DNA from: Nemertoderma westbladi
Taxonomy: Eukaryota > Animalia > Xenacoelomorpha
Direction of reading: 5' to 3'
DNA: 64,000 nucleotides
Assembly (NCBI GenBank): GCA_032718475.1
Contig: JAUCBJ010001719.1
Coordinates: 2,812 to 66,811 of the forward strand
The position numbers were made by a program, and so were the translations under genes. This document shows, piece after piece, positions 12,291 through 24,568 of the stretch. Position 1 is the stretch's first letter; every line of letters begins with the position of its first letter. The notes beneath the pieces were generated by a model that saw nothing but the letters and a program-made list of their open reading frames with translations, did not search any database and was not told where the DNA came from.

Positions 12291-14799
12291 TTCCTGATTC
12301 CTCGAGCGATGCCGGACCAGCGGTATCTGTCTACACCCCGCTAAAGTGCAACTCGCTCAACACGAAGTCTAGTTCGGTGGCTTCCTAGTTGGGGCCGACG
12401 GCATCCGCGTTGATCCGAATAAACTCTAGGCCATCGCCTGCTTTCCACGACCGGATAATCTCACTGACCTGCGGAGCTTTGTGGGCCTTGTGGAGCAATT
12501 GGCTCCGTTCTCCGCATCCATTGCCAAGTCAATACTCCCACTCCGACCACTCCTCAGCATTAAATCTCAATACATATGGACCAGCGACCATGAACGAGCA
12601 TTTGTCGCGACCAAAAACGCTCTCACTTCGCCTCCAGTCCTGGCTCCATTCGACGCATCACACGAAACTCGCCTTGTTACGGACGCTTCCCGCCTCAAAG
12701 GACTGGGCTACGCGCTCCTACAACTCCACGATACCGAGTGGAATCTTATCGAATGTGGATCCCGCTTCACAAGCGACACCGAGTCACGGTACGCCACAAT
12801 CGAACTCTAACTCTTGGCCGTTGTCTGGGCGGTTACCAAATGCCGCACTTTCCTCCTCGGGCTCCCACACTTTCAGCTGGTCACTGACCACCAGCCATTG
12901 GTGAGCATTCTTAACACCAAAGGTTACAGCGACGTCGACAACTCCCGCATACAACGGCTAAAGTCGAAACTCGCCCCCTACATTTTCACCACCACGTGGT
13001 GCCGCAGCAAGGACCATGCCATTCCCGATGCGCTGTCACGTTCCCCCGTGGACCAGCCCACCACTGCGGACCTTGTGGAAGATGGTGAAACCGCTTTCCA
13101 CCTCCGCACCATCACTCTCGGTACCGTCTCCTCCATCGCCGGGGACGACCATCTGGAGGACCCCGTCCTCGCAGAATTTTCAGTGGTTGCCAGGGAGGAC
13201 CCACACTATGTGGCTCTCCACACCGCGGTTCAGACCGGTTTCCCCCCCACTTCGCGTAATGACCCCGCAGTGGGCATCTATTGGTCGATTCGAGACTCAC
13301 TCACCACCGACGGTGACCTAGTTCTCTACGGCCAGCGTCTTATTATCCCCGCAGCAGCACGCCAGACTACTCTGGAACGCCTCCACACTCCTCACCAAGG
13401 CGTTGATAAATCGCTGCGACGAGCCCGGCAGTGCGTCTACTGGCACGGGCTCACCAATGACGTCAGGACATCAGTGGCCAGCTGCCCATCCTGTTTACGC
13501 CACCGGGCGACCCCGCCCAAAGAACCATTCCTGGAGGAACCCCCACCCACCCGCGTGTTCGAGGACGTCTCTGCAGACTTCTTCTCCCTCAATGGTCGCC
13601 ACTTCCTCGCTATGGCGCACCGCTACAGTGGCTGGCCGGAGCTATATACATTCCCAAGTCCTCCAAATGCCATTCAAACCACCAACGCCCTCCGCCAGTG
13701 GTTTATTCGATACGGCATCCCTACCCGGCTCCGCTCAGACGGCGGAACACCACTCACAGCCGCCACAACTACCGACTTCCTACGTGAGTGGGGCGTTACC
13801 CCGGTTACCTCATCTGCGGAATACCCCCAGGGTAATGGTCATGCTGAGGCCACGGTAAAGGCCCTCAAAGGCCTCCTCAGCAAAACGGGAGGGTCCCCAA
13901 ATTCGGCAGCTTTCACTGAGGGTCTCCTGGCCCTCCGTAACAGCCCGCGTGAGAGCAGATTCTCGCCGTCCCAGATCCTTTACGGGCAGCCACTACGAAC
14001 ACGCATTCCCGCGCACCATAGTGCCTTCAAATCAGACCACCAGGCCGCTAGGCGGCGCCTGGACGAGGTCTCCCCAGCGTTACACGCTGCCCGAGTCACC
14101 AACTACAATAAAGCGGCTCACAACCTCCCTCCCCTTGCAGTCAACGACCCGGTCCTCATCCAGGACCCCCGTACCAAGCGGTGGAACCGCAAGCGTACGG
14201 TTGTAGAGGCTGGACCCCACCGGAAACTCACGGTCCGGACCCCCTCCGGCTGCACCATCACCCGGAATCATCGGTTCCTACTCCCTCCCAGTGACACCTC
14301 CCTCCCAGGGTCTTCCGGCGATGCCAAACTCCTGGCCAATACACCAGCGGCCGCGGCAGACATTGACTCATCCCGGCCACCTAAAACTGTCACATGGGAC
14401 CACCAGCTGGTCCAAGCCCACACAAGCCCAGCACAACCCCGCAGATATCCCTCTAGGCGCAGAAAACCACCTGTGCGTTTATAACTCGCTACACACGAGC
14501 TCGAAGGGGGGTGTAGTGACATCAGGACTTCAGACTATATTACATGGCTCGCCCCATATACATAGGCCATGCGACTACTGATATATAGGACTCAGTACTA
14601 ACTGCAGTATCACGGTTTTACATAGTTTGGCCTTGGGTATATCTCCGTACTGCATGCATCAGTACTGCATGCACTACCGGGATACATTGCACTTCTGTAT
14701 GTGGACATTTATATATTATATATTACTGTATTATACAGCCAGATATGTTGCTATATTATTACTTTACTATAATCTCTATAGAATCTAAAAAAAACCACA
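12291..14799 (+). mobile_element. Ty3/Gypsy retrotransposon 3' fragment (RT end, RNase H, integrase, PPT, LTR)
   Basis: VTDAS..GLGYALLQ, RYATIEL, TDHQPL, H..HQG..C..C, DVSADFF, RSDGG, GNGHAE; PPT GAAGGGGGG, then LTR starting TGTAGT at 14512 and probably ending ACCACA at 14799. Confidence 0.92.
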
Positions 14800-14829
14800 G
14801 GGGGGGGGTGGGTGGGGCTGGAGGAAGGG

Positions 14830-15721
14830 GGCGATAGACACAGCGGTGACAGTACATCAGCGCTGAGGATCTTGCGCTGTCCGGGGGCCGTGAGGGGTAG
14901 GCAGCGACGCCCGCTAGCCTAATTATAATTAATTATAATATTGATAAACTCATATAGCAGCTATGTCTGAGTTGATAGAAGATGATCTGGTATCAGGGAG
15001 CGATATACCCTACCATTGCAAGCGTTGTTGATAGTTTAATACGCGGTGATGCTAGTCCCTCTACTACGGAGGACGATGGCTGTTATATCGAACCGCCAAT
15101 GTCCAAGGAACAACTCACGCGTGAATTGGACTATAGAAAATTCACCACTCGCTATATGCATCGTAATGGTACGTATATAGACTTCTTTACTACTGGCCAT
15201 CCTATCGATTTACACGATATGGACGATGTAGACACCAAAAGGGAAATTATCCTATTTAAATATCATACCCAGCGCAGTCGGAACAATAAACTGAGAATCG
15301 AACACGAAAATTCTATTCGAAACTAACTCGAAAGAGAAGACGTTAAAGAACCGGATAAACGCAGTGACTTCAACGTATCTTTGGAATTCTTGAGAGAGAC
15401 ATTGTAAAACTGGAGAAAGATCACCAGCGTTTCCCCTACAAGACGTGCGTCTTTGGTATTATTACGATGAATGCCCTAGACCCAACCAACACACGGAAAG
15501 ACATAAACATCCGCGGAGACGTTGCGCTAAACACAGTTTTTACTCGCTATACTTACGGGAGTTTCGAGCGAAACTTGTTCGACGTATCACCTACGCTCAC
15601 TCGACGCAAACGATCCTTAAATAAACCGATGATCAGAGTTCCGGAATACTCGGTCAGACCTCCTCATTCCCTAGTGAGACCTCAGACCCTTGATCCTAAT
15701 AGTATGACGGATCCTCCTGAA
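14830..15721 (+). repeat. 892-bp direct duplication of 11399-12290
   Basis: Near-identical sequence at offset 3431, about 10 substitutions by eye. Confidence 0.95.
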
Positions 15722-16514
15722 CTGTACTCATTGTTCAAAGATCTGGTGTTACCCGAACAATTAGTCGATGGCATCCGGTTGTGGGCTCCCTAGATATTCG
15801 CCCATCCTACCTAGCCGGATTGAGACGCGGACATTTAATATCGCCGTTCAACCCGTATAATCGTACCAGTTTAACCCCGATACAACCTGTCACCGAGGTG
15901 GAGGAGAGAGTTGAACGAAACGCGTTAGACACTAGTCGACAAAAGATCGGAAAAGGAACCTACGATTGTTTAGAGAAACGTAAAAGGCAGCAGCAAGTCC
16001 AAGCGGTAAACGAATTAGCTTTATCTCAGTTCGATCGGGAAATCCAGAACCTCGAAGAAGATATCGAACTTGGACGACCCTACTCTCTGAAAGAGTTTTG
16101 GACGAATGCTTCCAACGACAAGCGGAGGAAAATCAGCTCGAGGAGAAGCATATCGATTCCAACAGAGCCCGAGAATGCGAGTCGGAAAGAACCATCAATC
16201 CGAGGAAATTTCTCACTACACACGGTCCACCTACCGCTCTCATGCAAACGACCCGTCAGGGACCAGTAAGGGCTGCTGTCTTAAAACGCACTCTCAAGGT
16301 TGTTCAACCTCATTCCACTGAGGTTGATACCGATCAACCGGGTACCTCGACCGGCGGACACATCGACCGTAACCCTAAACCTTCCGATGCAATTGTATTG
16401 CACCCTTCACCCAGGAGTTATAGCCCTCCTAGTAAAGTGGCTCGCCCGGAAGAGATAAGGACTCTTGCTAGCCTCAAAAAACCGCGTAAACGCCGTTCTC
16501 GTAAGAAAGACTAA
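14963..16514 (+). pseudogene. Accessory ORF of BEL copy 1, second copy through to C-terminus
   Basis: Frameshifted ORFs 14982-15326, 15467-15793, 15781-16269, 16098-16514; ends KKPRKRRSRKKD; internal deletion relative to copy 2. Confidence 0.8.
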
Positions 16515-16592
16515 CTGTTTAGAGTATTTTTATATTTTAGAAACTGTGATTTTTTATATTTTATAGAATTAAATCCCATTTTCTGGGAGCGG

Positions 16593-17820
16593 TGTAAAAG
16601 CTTTTGCGGATATAACCAGTCATTTTCTCCGCAATTAACTGTTTAGTTGTTTTAGCGGACATAACAAGCCATTTTCTCCGCAATGTACCCTGTAGGTGTT
16701 TTAGCGGACATAACAAGCCATTTTATGCCGCAATACGCCAAATACTCTAAATAGAGTGTAGTTTCAGATGACGAAATCTGTCAGCTGATTTGCTGTCGAT
16801 GTGGAACTTTCTTTGTTCAGGCTCGCTCGACCAATCAGAGCGATTTTCATTTTATTTGCACAGAGGCCTATGGGAAAACGCGCAATGCATTACGGTCTTT
16901 GTTTACCTTTCTGAGCGAGAACAACTGCTTGGGAATTCTTCTGTACTTCTGTGTTGGAAGTTTCAGACTTTGGCCAGCATTAGACGGCTTTGATTACAAG
17001 AACGTAAATCTATTATCTGCAAACCAAACTACCAACTGCGGTACCGGTACTACCGATACTGCACCTGTCAACTTGTCAACCGATCACCTGCACTGCGCAA
17101 CTGTGCAACAAACTGGTCAACTGGCTGACTATCACCGCATTATTTTACTTCTGTTTACTGTCTGTTATTAATGGTTATATGTTGATGGATATGTTGTTAT
17201 ATTTGGAGAATATCGATAAATAATCATAAAACCCCCAATCTTCTTGATTACTAAAGGTTAGAGGGACCGGTTACCGGTAGCAATTGCGACTTACATTACA
17301 GTGGTTTTAGTGTGCATCAAATGCTATTTCATAATCCCTACATGTGTCAGTTGCTATCCTCCTTATATATGATCAAATTCAGTGACGGTAGGCAGATCAG
17401 TGTGAAACAGTGTGAAGTCGTGTGCAGTAGTGTGACAGATAATAAAGCATCTCCTAAAGAATGCGCTATTTACGAAAATCAGTAGCCATCTCGTTGTGTT
17501 TAGTATAAGTCATAACTCTGTTTTATACTTAAAGCGCCACGTCCTAAAGGAACTGTTAATATTTCCTTGAAAGTGAATAATATTGTCAGAGATTATATAG
17601 TAACAATCAATCGAATAATACAGTAGGTCTGCAACGCAATAAGGTCAAAGCATCCGAATCCAGTCTCCCTTAACTGTGGGTGAATGATCGCGCATAGACT
17701 GGCTTCGGCTAATGTTACTTCATGTGCATTAAATAATTGCTATAGGCTAAAGTCGATTTATAAACAAGAGGACACCTAAAATTGGCAGGTTAAACTGCTA
17801 AAGGTCTGAAAGCGCGAACA
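16593..17820 (+). repeat. 3' LTR of BEL copy 1
   Basis: TGTAAAAGC...GCGCGAACA termini, preceded by GGGAGCGG as in copy 2; homologous to the other LTRs. Confidence 0.92.
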
Positions 17821-18030
17821 CCATGGCAGTTTTCGTTTCGGCACGAATGCTTTAAAGTGACCAGCCAGGGCGCATCTCTGCCTTGCATCCTTAAGTGGTA
17901 GCTAAATGTGTACTGGAGTCCTCTGGGGAGTACAGTTCTGGGGGTACCGCACTGGAAATAAGTCGTCAGACTTTGTGCGTAATCCCTGGCCTATCAGCCG
18001 AAGAAAATGTACTTTTACTTTTTACTTTAC
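17821..18030 (+). mobile_element. SINE 3' portion (probable insertion site of BEL copy 1)
   Basis: GCCTTGCATCCTTAAGTGGTAGCTAAATGTGTAC resembles the conserved Deu/Nin SINE central domain; ends in (TTTTAC)n tail. Confidence 0.5.
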
Positions 18031-18637
18031 TAAAAAGAAAGTATATGAATACTATAGCTAATAATTGAATAGATGGTACAAATACTTGTATTATAATATT
18101 GTAATTTATAGTATTATAATACTGTATTATAATATATAATATTGGCGGTGTAATCTAACATGGAGACATTATTACTTATTTTATTTTCCAATACAGGATT
18201 CGTTTAAAATAACGTTAAAAATCGATGTTAAAATTCAACGTCAGTTAAACGTTTGGGTTTAGTCATTTATGTACATCATTAAATTTAAGCAATGTTAGAC
18301 GTTTCAAAATAACGTTTAAGATATTTGTTAAAATTCAACGTTTGGGTTTAGTTGTTTATAGACATGTAGTTTTTAAACGTTTATAAGACGTTAGGAAACG
18401 TTTGTTCTAAGTTATTTTTATAACTTTATTTTTCTAACCTAAAACAGACTTAAGTCTAACGTGAGATTAGCGTAATTAATGTAAAATGTTTGCAGGGAAT
18501 TAATAATCATAATAAATGTATTCATTTGCATTTTCGGTTAGCAGCTGCTGTAGGTTGTAGGTGGCTTAGCGAAACACTGAAAGAAGAAAGAGGCTTGTAG
18601 GAGTTTCAAGTTTCAACCACATATCAGCCAGCATGCA

Positions 18638-20360
18638 GGGTGCATGTAAAGAGCGGACTGCGGACTGGCGGACTACGGACTGGGGATTGCCAAAATCCGC
18701 GCGGTCAATTTGAATTATCGACTTCCAAACTAAGAATCCGCTCTTTGTTGTCTGGACAAATGGCGGACTGAAGCCGGTAAATTGTAACCTGATTGGCTCA
18801 ATCATGTACATAGGCTGAAGCTGAAAGGTAACTTAAAGAATGAATCATCCCATTTGGCTTTTAAATGTTTACCATTGTGCAACACTGTAATATAGGAAAT
18901 AATTATCCTATACAGTAATTAGGTGGACTGTTGATTAAGGGCCTACTATATAATCAACATTCTACGGATTTTCAGATTATTTATTTCAATAAATATTTTT
19001 ATATACTTCCTGGCCTTTAGAGTTTATGTCACAGTTGTCTGTTCGCAAATACTGTATAAAAGAGCGAATATTCGGACATCCTAAGCGCAGGAGCTGGGGA
19101 AGATCTTCTCTGTGCTGGGGGTAAGAGAGCGTAAGAAAAGGGGGAACAGGGGCAAAGAAAAGGGGGAACAGGGGCAAAGAAAAGGGGTGTGGATCTATAA
19201 ATAGCATCCAATAGGACGCATCTAATTACTGGCATTTAATTCTGTCCAAATTTTTATGACAGCCTTAAAATGAAAACCACGAACACCTGATCGGCTAGTG
19301 CTTTTTTTAATGCTTTTTTATTGTGGGCTGTGATATCCTACATATCTGACACTGACATACGATTAACTGGGCCCATGTGAAGTATACCAGACTTTCTGCC
19401 GTTATATTTCACTTTGCAGTTACCCCCAGGTGAAGAATACCAGGTTTTCACCAAATATACAGGTTACAGAAGGGCTGAATCTAACCAAAACAATAAACGA
19501 ATTAGTATATGTACAGGTTATAAGAAGAAATAAGCGATATAAAACACTTAATAAAGATAAATTAAAAAAAATAAATAATCTTCATATATAAAATTCCAAT
19601 AAAAAGTCGACCGAAAAGTGAAATCCTGGTATTCTTCACAAGGGCGATTAACTGTGGAGCGAGCAACGTAAGTCCAGGTGAGCCTTAGCATATGGGTATA
19701 AGTGGTGGACCCGTCTGTCGTTGTCATCGTCGGAAATGTTTGAACGCTAATAAGTCGGTCAATCTTGGAAAAATAATGTTTCACTACTAGTCTGCTAGTA
19801 TGTACGACTAATATGTTTCAATTATGTTCCAATTTTGTTTCAACTAACAGAGACATAATAGTGGCAGTAACAAGCAAACAAGGAATATCTTATAAGGTCG
19901 CGGTTCACACCTTTAAGCAATAAGCATAACTCTGCTTCGGCAGCAGAAGTACATACAGTACTACAGTAGTCCCAAAGTCTTCATCCAAAGTAGAGTTACG
20001 AATGAATCATGCTTAAAAGAGTGAACCGGCCTTAACCCGAGAGATTTTATTGAAAGTTCAAGAGTTCTTCCTACTGCCTACATAATAGGTTTTCAAAATA
20101 ATAAGTTTCCATCTCTGTGTCACAATGAAAACATTTAAGCCAATAAGAGGATTCAGGAAAGTTCCCTTTGGGCCTATGTAAATGATTGAGCCAATCAGGT
20201 TACAATTTTCTGGCTTCAGTCCGACGTTTGTCCAGACAACAAAAGAGCGGATTCTTACATTATAATGCTATAATTCAAATTGACCGCGCATATTTGGGCT
20301 TTTAATTGACAATCCGCAATCCGTAGTCCGCAGTCCGCAGTCCGCTCTTTACATGCACCC
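18638..20360. mobile_element. Non-autonomous Mutator-like (MULE) DNA transposon
   Basis: Long TIRs GGGTGCATGTAAAGAGCGGACTGCGG... (about 175 bp) and direct repeat CCAGCATGCA on both sides. Confidence 0.8.
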
Positions 20361-22306
20361 CCAGCATGCATGCATTGTGCATAGGCAGATAGGCCTATAG
20401 TTTAGTGCTCTATCCTGACTGCCTGAATCTGGAATCCATACCACCAGCAGCTGAGCAGACCAGTAGCAGTACTGCAGACCAGTCTGCGCTGCCGCTGCTG
20501 CCAGAGTGATAAACTCATCTCCCCGTATCCTGATATCTGTTAGCGTTAGGCCTATCTGTTTTCAGAACGCTCCTACCTGCTGACCTGCCTACTGCTGTAC
20601 TGCCTGACTGCTGTACTTTCCTACCGGGTAGTAAAATTCTATCAGGCATCAGGCATTGTTCAACCTATAGGCCTACTGCTGTACTGCTATATCAGTCTGT
20701 CAGTAGGCCTATGTAGCAGTAGGCAGGTTGCAGGTAGGCCTACTGCTATTTCAGTATTTCCGCTTCGCGCAGCACACATTTAAAATGGGCGACATTTCCT
20801 CAATTTTCATTAAATTTAGGCCTATCTGAAATTCGATAGGCCTATACCAGTATACAGACTGACAGTGACAGACAGTCCAGTCCTGCAGTCCAGCATAGGC
20901 AGATAGGTAGTCAGGTAGTATTTTATGATGTTAACAAAATTTTATCATGAGAAGTCGGGCTCGATCTGTCAATCGGAGCTCCGGCCTCCGGCTCCGGCCA
21001 TTTTGGCACCTCCGGCTCCTGCTCCGGCTCCATTATTGCCGGACAGCCGGAGTTAATTTTTTAATAAAATATTATATTTCGTGCATGCACGAATAGTACT
21101 TATAGTTACTTCTGTACTTATAGTTATAATTTAATTTACTTATAGTGTAGGGTAAGACGGGGTAAAATGGGACATGGGGTAAAATGGGACATGTCGGGGT
21201 AAAATGGGACATGCATATTTTTGGCCAATTTTTTGTTAAAGAACACTTTTAGGTCTGTTTTAATATATTTTTAATTGAGAAACTAAATGTTACATTTTTA
21301 TATAGCACATACTGACATATGATGAGATCAAGATCACACGATGAAAGCAATTTGTTAATCGCGTATACATTTTAACGTTAGGACACTTCCTATCATTCAT
21401 TTTCTTCGATATTATATGCATTAAAATCGCAATCATCGATTTAGTGGGTGTAGAACAAGTCCAAATGTTCAAATTCCTGATCGTTTTTGAGTTACATAGA
21501 TTTGTAGTTTTACCTTGATAGACAGATAGATGTAGATAGGTGTAACTCCGTAAATAATGCCTAGATGATTTTTCTCTGTGATTGTTGAGTTTTATAGCTT
21601 TTATAGCTACTACTGCATTTCAGCCATTCCAGCGTAACGGTCGTGACATTCCGCATGGGTTTCCGGTATTAATGAGTATTCTAAGGGCACATAGAACAGT
21701 CGGGCACTTTGTCAATATTGACATGTGTCAATATTGACAGGTAAAGCTAATTTCTCCAGGATGGAGCATGTCAAAATTGACATGGACATGTCAATATTGA
21801 CATTTTTTTACCTGACGTGTTCAAATATTTCCATACGTGTTTTCTAAATATAAAAATCGAAATTATAAGTAAATTAGAAACTTTTGACCGTGCGGAAAAT
21901 TTTTTCACCGTGCCGTTTAGTTAATATAAATACTTTAAGTTTTTCTCATGTTAAAATTGACATACATGTCAAAATTGACATGTAATGATGAGAACATAAG
22001 TGTGGGGTTAGGCTGTAGGCCACGCCACCCTATAGACTCTACTATAACTAGGGCTCAACAGAAGCTTCGGCTTCGGTTCAGGCCGAAGTTTGGCAATTTC
22101 GGTTCGGCTTCTGCAATTGATACTACAGAAGCCCGGAGCAAACTTTGCTAAATATTCCAAGTATTACATTGACTGATTGAGCTAAGACCAGAAAGACAGT
22201 AAGACTAATCAATCTGTCCATCGTGTTGTACAAATTAATTTTGGGGTGTAAACGTTAAGCAGACACTAGTGCAGAGCAGACAGTCAGACAGTGGTGCAGA
22301 GCAGAC

Positions 22307-22791
22307 CCAGGTTGGAATTTATGTAGAGTTTGCTCAACATGTGTGGCGCGCATTTAGGATCCTGGCGCGAAGGAACAGGGGCGTGTGGCGCGCATTTAGG
22401 ATCCTGACGCAAAGGAACAGGGGCGTGTGGCGCGCATTGAGGATCCTGGCGCGGAAATGGATGTCATGTACAGTAGCAAAATGCATTGGCATGGCAACAT
22501 ATCCAGCCACTCTAATTGAAATTATATCGGTCTACCAGTAGAGTCTATTTTTAAAAAGAGTTAGGCCTAGGCCTTAAAGATTTTCGCTCACTTCGGTCGC
22601 GTTTGTATATTATATGCCTGCCCACTGTACGCTCTACTGTGTCTACTCTTATTCATCATTCTAATAACTTTTAATTTAAAAATTTAATGGTCAATCTTTC
22701 AATGGTTGGCGCGCTTTGAATGTCATGGCTGGCGCGCTTTTCGTTTAACCCGAATCCGTGTGGCGCGCTTTTTGTCAATATTCCATATAGG
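22307..22791. mobile_element. hAT-like MITE (duplicate at 27451-27935)
   Basis: 8-bp TSD GAGCAGAC; imperfect TIR CCAGGTTGGAAT / ATTCCATATAGG; GGCGCGC subterminal repeats. Confidence 0.7.
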
Positions 22792-24568
22792 GAGCAGACA
22801 GTGATGCAGACACCTGGTGCAGACAGTGGTGCCGACACTGGTGCAGACAGTGGTGCAGACAGTGGTGCGGACACTGGTGCAGACACTGGTGCAGACAGTG
22901 GTGCAGACACTGGTGCAGACATTGGTGCAGACAGTGGTGCAGACAGTGGTGTAGACAGTGGTGCAGTGTGCAGACATTGGTGCAGAGTGGTGCGGACACT
23001 GGTGCAGACAATGGTGCAGACAGTGGTGCAGACAGTGGTGCAGACTTTGGTGCAGACACTGGTGCAGACACTGGTGCAGACTGTGGTGCAGACACTGGTG
23101 CAGACATTGGTGCAGACACTGGTGCAGACAGTGGTGCAGACAGTGGTGCGGACACTGGTGCAGACAGTGGTGCGGACACCTGGTCCAGACAGTGGTGCAG
23201 ACACTGGTGCAGACCCAGGTTGGAATTCATGCTGCAAAACTCGGACGCGTACCTGCGCGAATGACCGCAAACCAGATGCGCGTTGCGCGTTTGGGTGAGA
23301 CAGGTGCGCGTTCGGGTGTGAGACAGGTGCGCGTTGCGCCTCAGCGCGCAGCTCTGCCTCTGATGCGCACCACAAATTAATTGAAATCACGAAAATACAC
23401 AAAAAAATTTCGCTCGCTGCGCTCGCATTAGTTTCTCATTTACAATTCTTCAAACAGTCAAATCACTTCACCATAATACTGTCAGACTGTAATACCGGCA
23501 ACCTGAGCTGAATTTGTCTATTTATTTTAACTACAGTACTCTATTGTTGTATTGTTATTAGGTCTATGCTATGCCGAGCCGATGTTACGTTAGTAAACAG
23601 GTAAAGTCAGAAAGTAACAATGTATTATAAGTATGACTTAATTATAAGCCAACTGTATGTTTAAGCCTAATTGTTAGGTAGGCCTATACAAAGTATTATT
23701 GGCAGACTGGTACCTATTTCAATATTCGTTTTTTTGAAATTACCGGTACATGTTTTGTTTGTAATCTAAAATAATATTTTCTGTTATAAAAGCAGTGAGC
23801 CCGATGGGCCACCATAGTAGTGGATTAAAAAAATATTTTTTAATATTAACAATTTTGATGTTGCAAAAATTACATTTATTATGTAAGCCTAGATTCAACG
23901 TACAGACAGACAGACGTAAAGATAAGCTTAAAACGCTCAAACTTGTAAAATATGAATGTAAAATTGTTCTTATGAACTGTGCGATTTTTTGAGATATGCA
24001 TGACATGAGCTGCGCGATTTTGTTTGGATTATGACATATGATGAGGTGCGCGACGAGCCAATTTCAGGTGCGCGGTGATTTCAAAACAACAAAGCGTACC
24101 TGCGCGCTCATGCATGAATTCCAACCTGGGTGCAGACAGTGGTGCAGACAGTGATGCAGACAGTGATGCAGACACCTGGTGCAGACACCTGGTGCAGACA
24201 GTGGTGCAGACATTGGTGCAGACAGTGGTGCAGACAGAGGTGCGGACAGTGGTGCAGACAGTGGTGCAGACACCTGGTGCAGACAGTGGTGCAGACAGTG
24301 GTGCAGACAGTGGTGCAGACACTGGTGCAGACAGTGGTGTGGACACTGGTGCAGACAATGGTGCAGACAGTGGTGCAGACACCTGGTGCAGACAGTGGTG
24401 CAGACACTGGTAAAGACTTTGGTGCAGACAGTGGAGCAGACACTGGTGCAGACAGTGGTGCAGACATTGGTGCAGACACTGGTGCAGACAGTGGTGCGGA
24501 CACTGGTGCAGACAGTGGTGCAGACAGTGTTGCAGACACCTGGTGCAGACAGTGATGCAGACAATGAT
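22792..24568. repeat. 12-bp minisatellite GGTGCAGACA(G/C)T, interrupted by a MITE
   Basis: Directly visible tandem array with occasional 14-bp variants. Confidence 0.97.
23215..24129. mobile_element. hAT MITE
   Basis: Perfect TIR CCAGGTTGGAATTCATGC, 8-bp TSD GTGCAGAC; site is empty in the duplicate near 28350. Confidence 0.9.

Larger units (their letters stand above)
4097..17820 (+). mobile_element. BEL/Pao LTR retrotransposon copy 1 (5'-truncated, carries Gypsy fragment and internal duplication)
   Basis: gag-PR-RT-RH-IN order, homology to copies 2 and 3 starting at about 4097, 3' LTR at 16593-17820. Confidence 0.92.
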
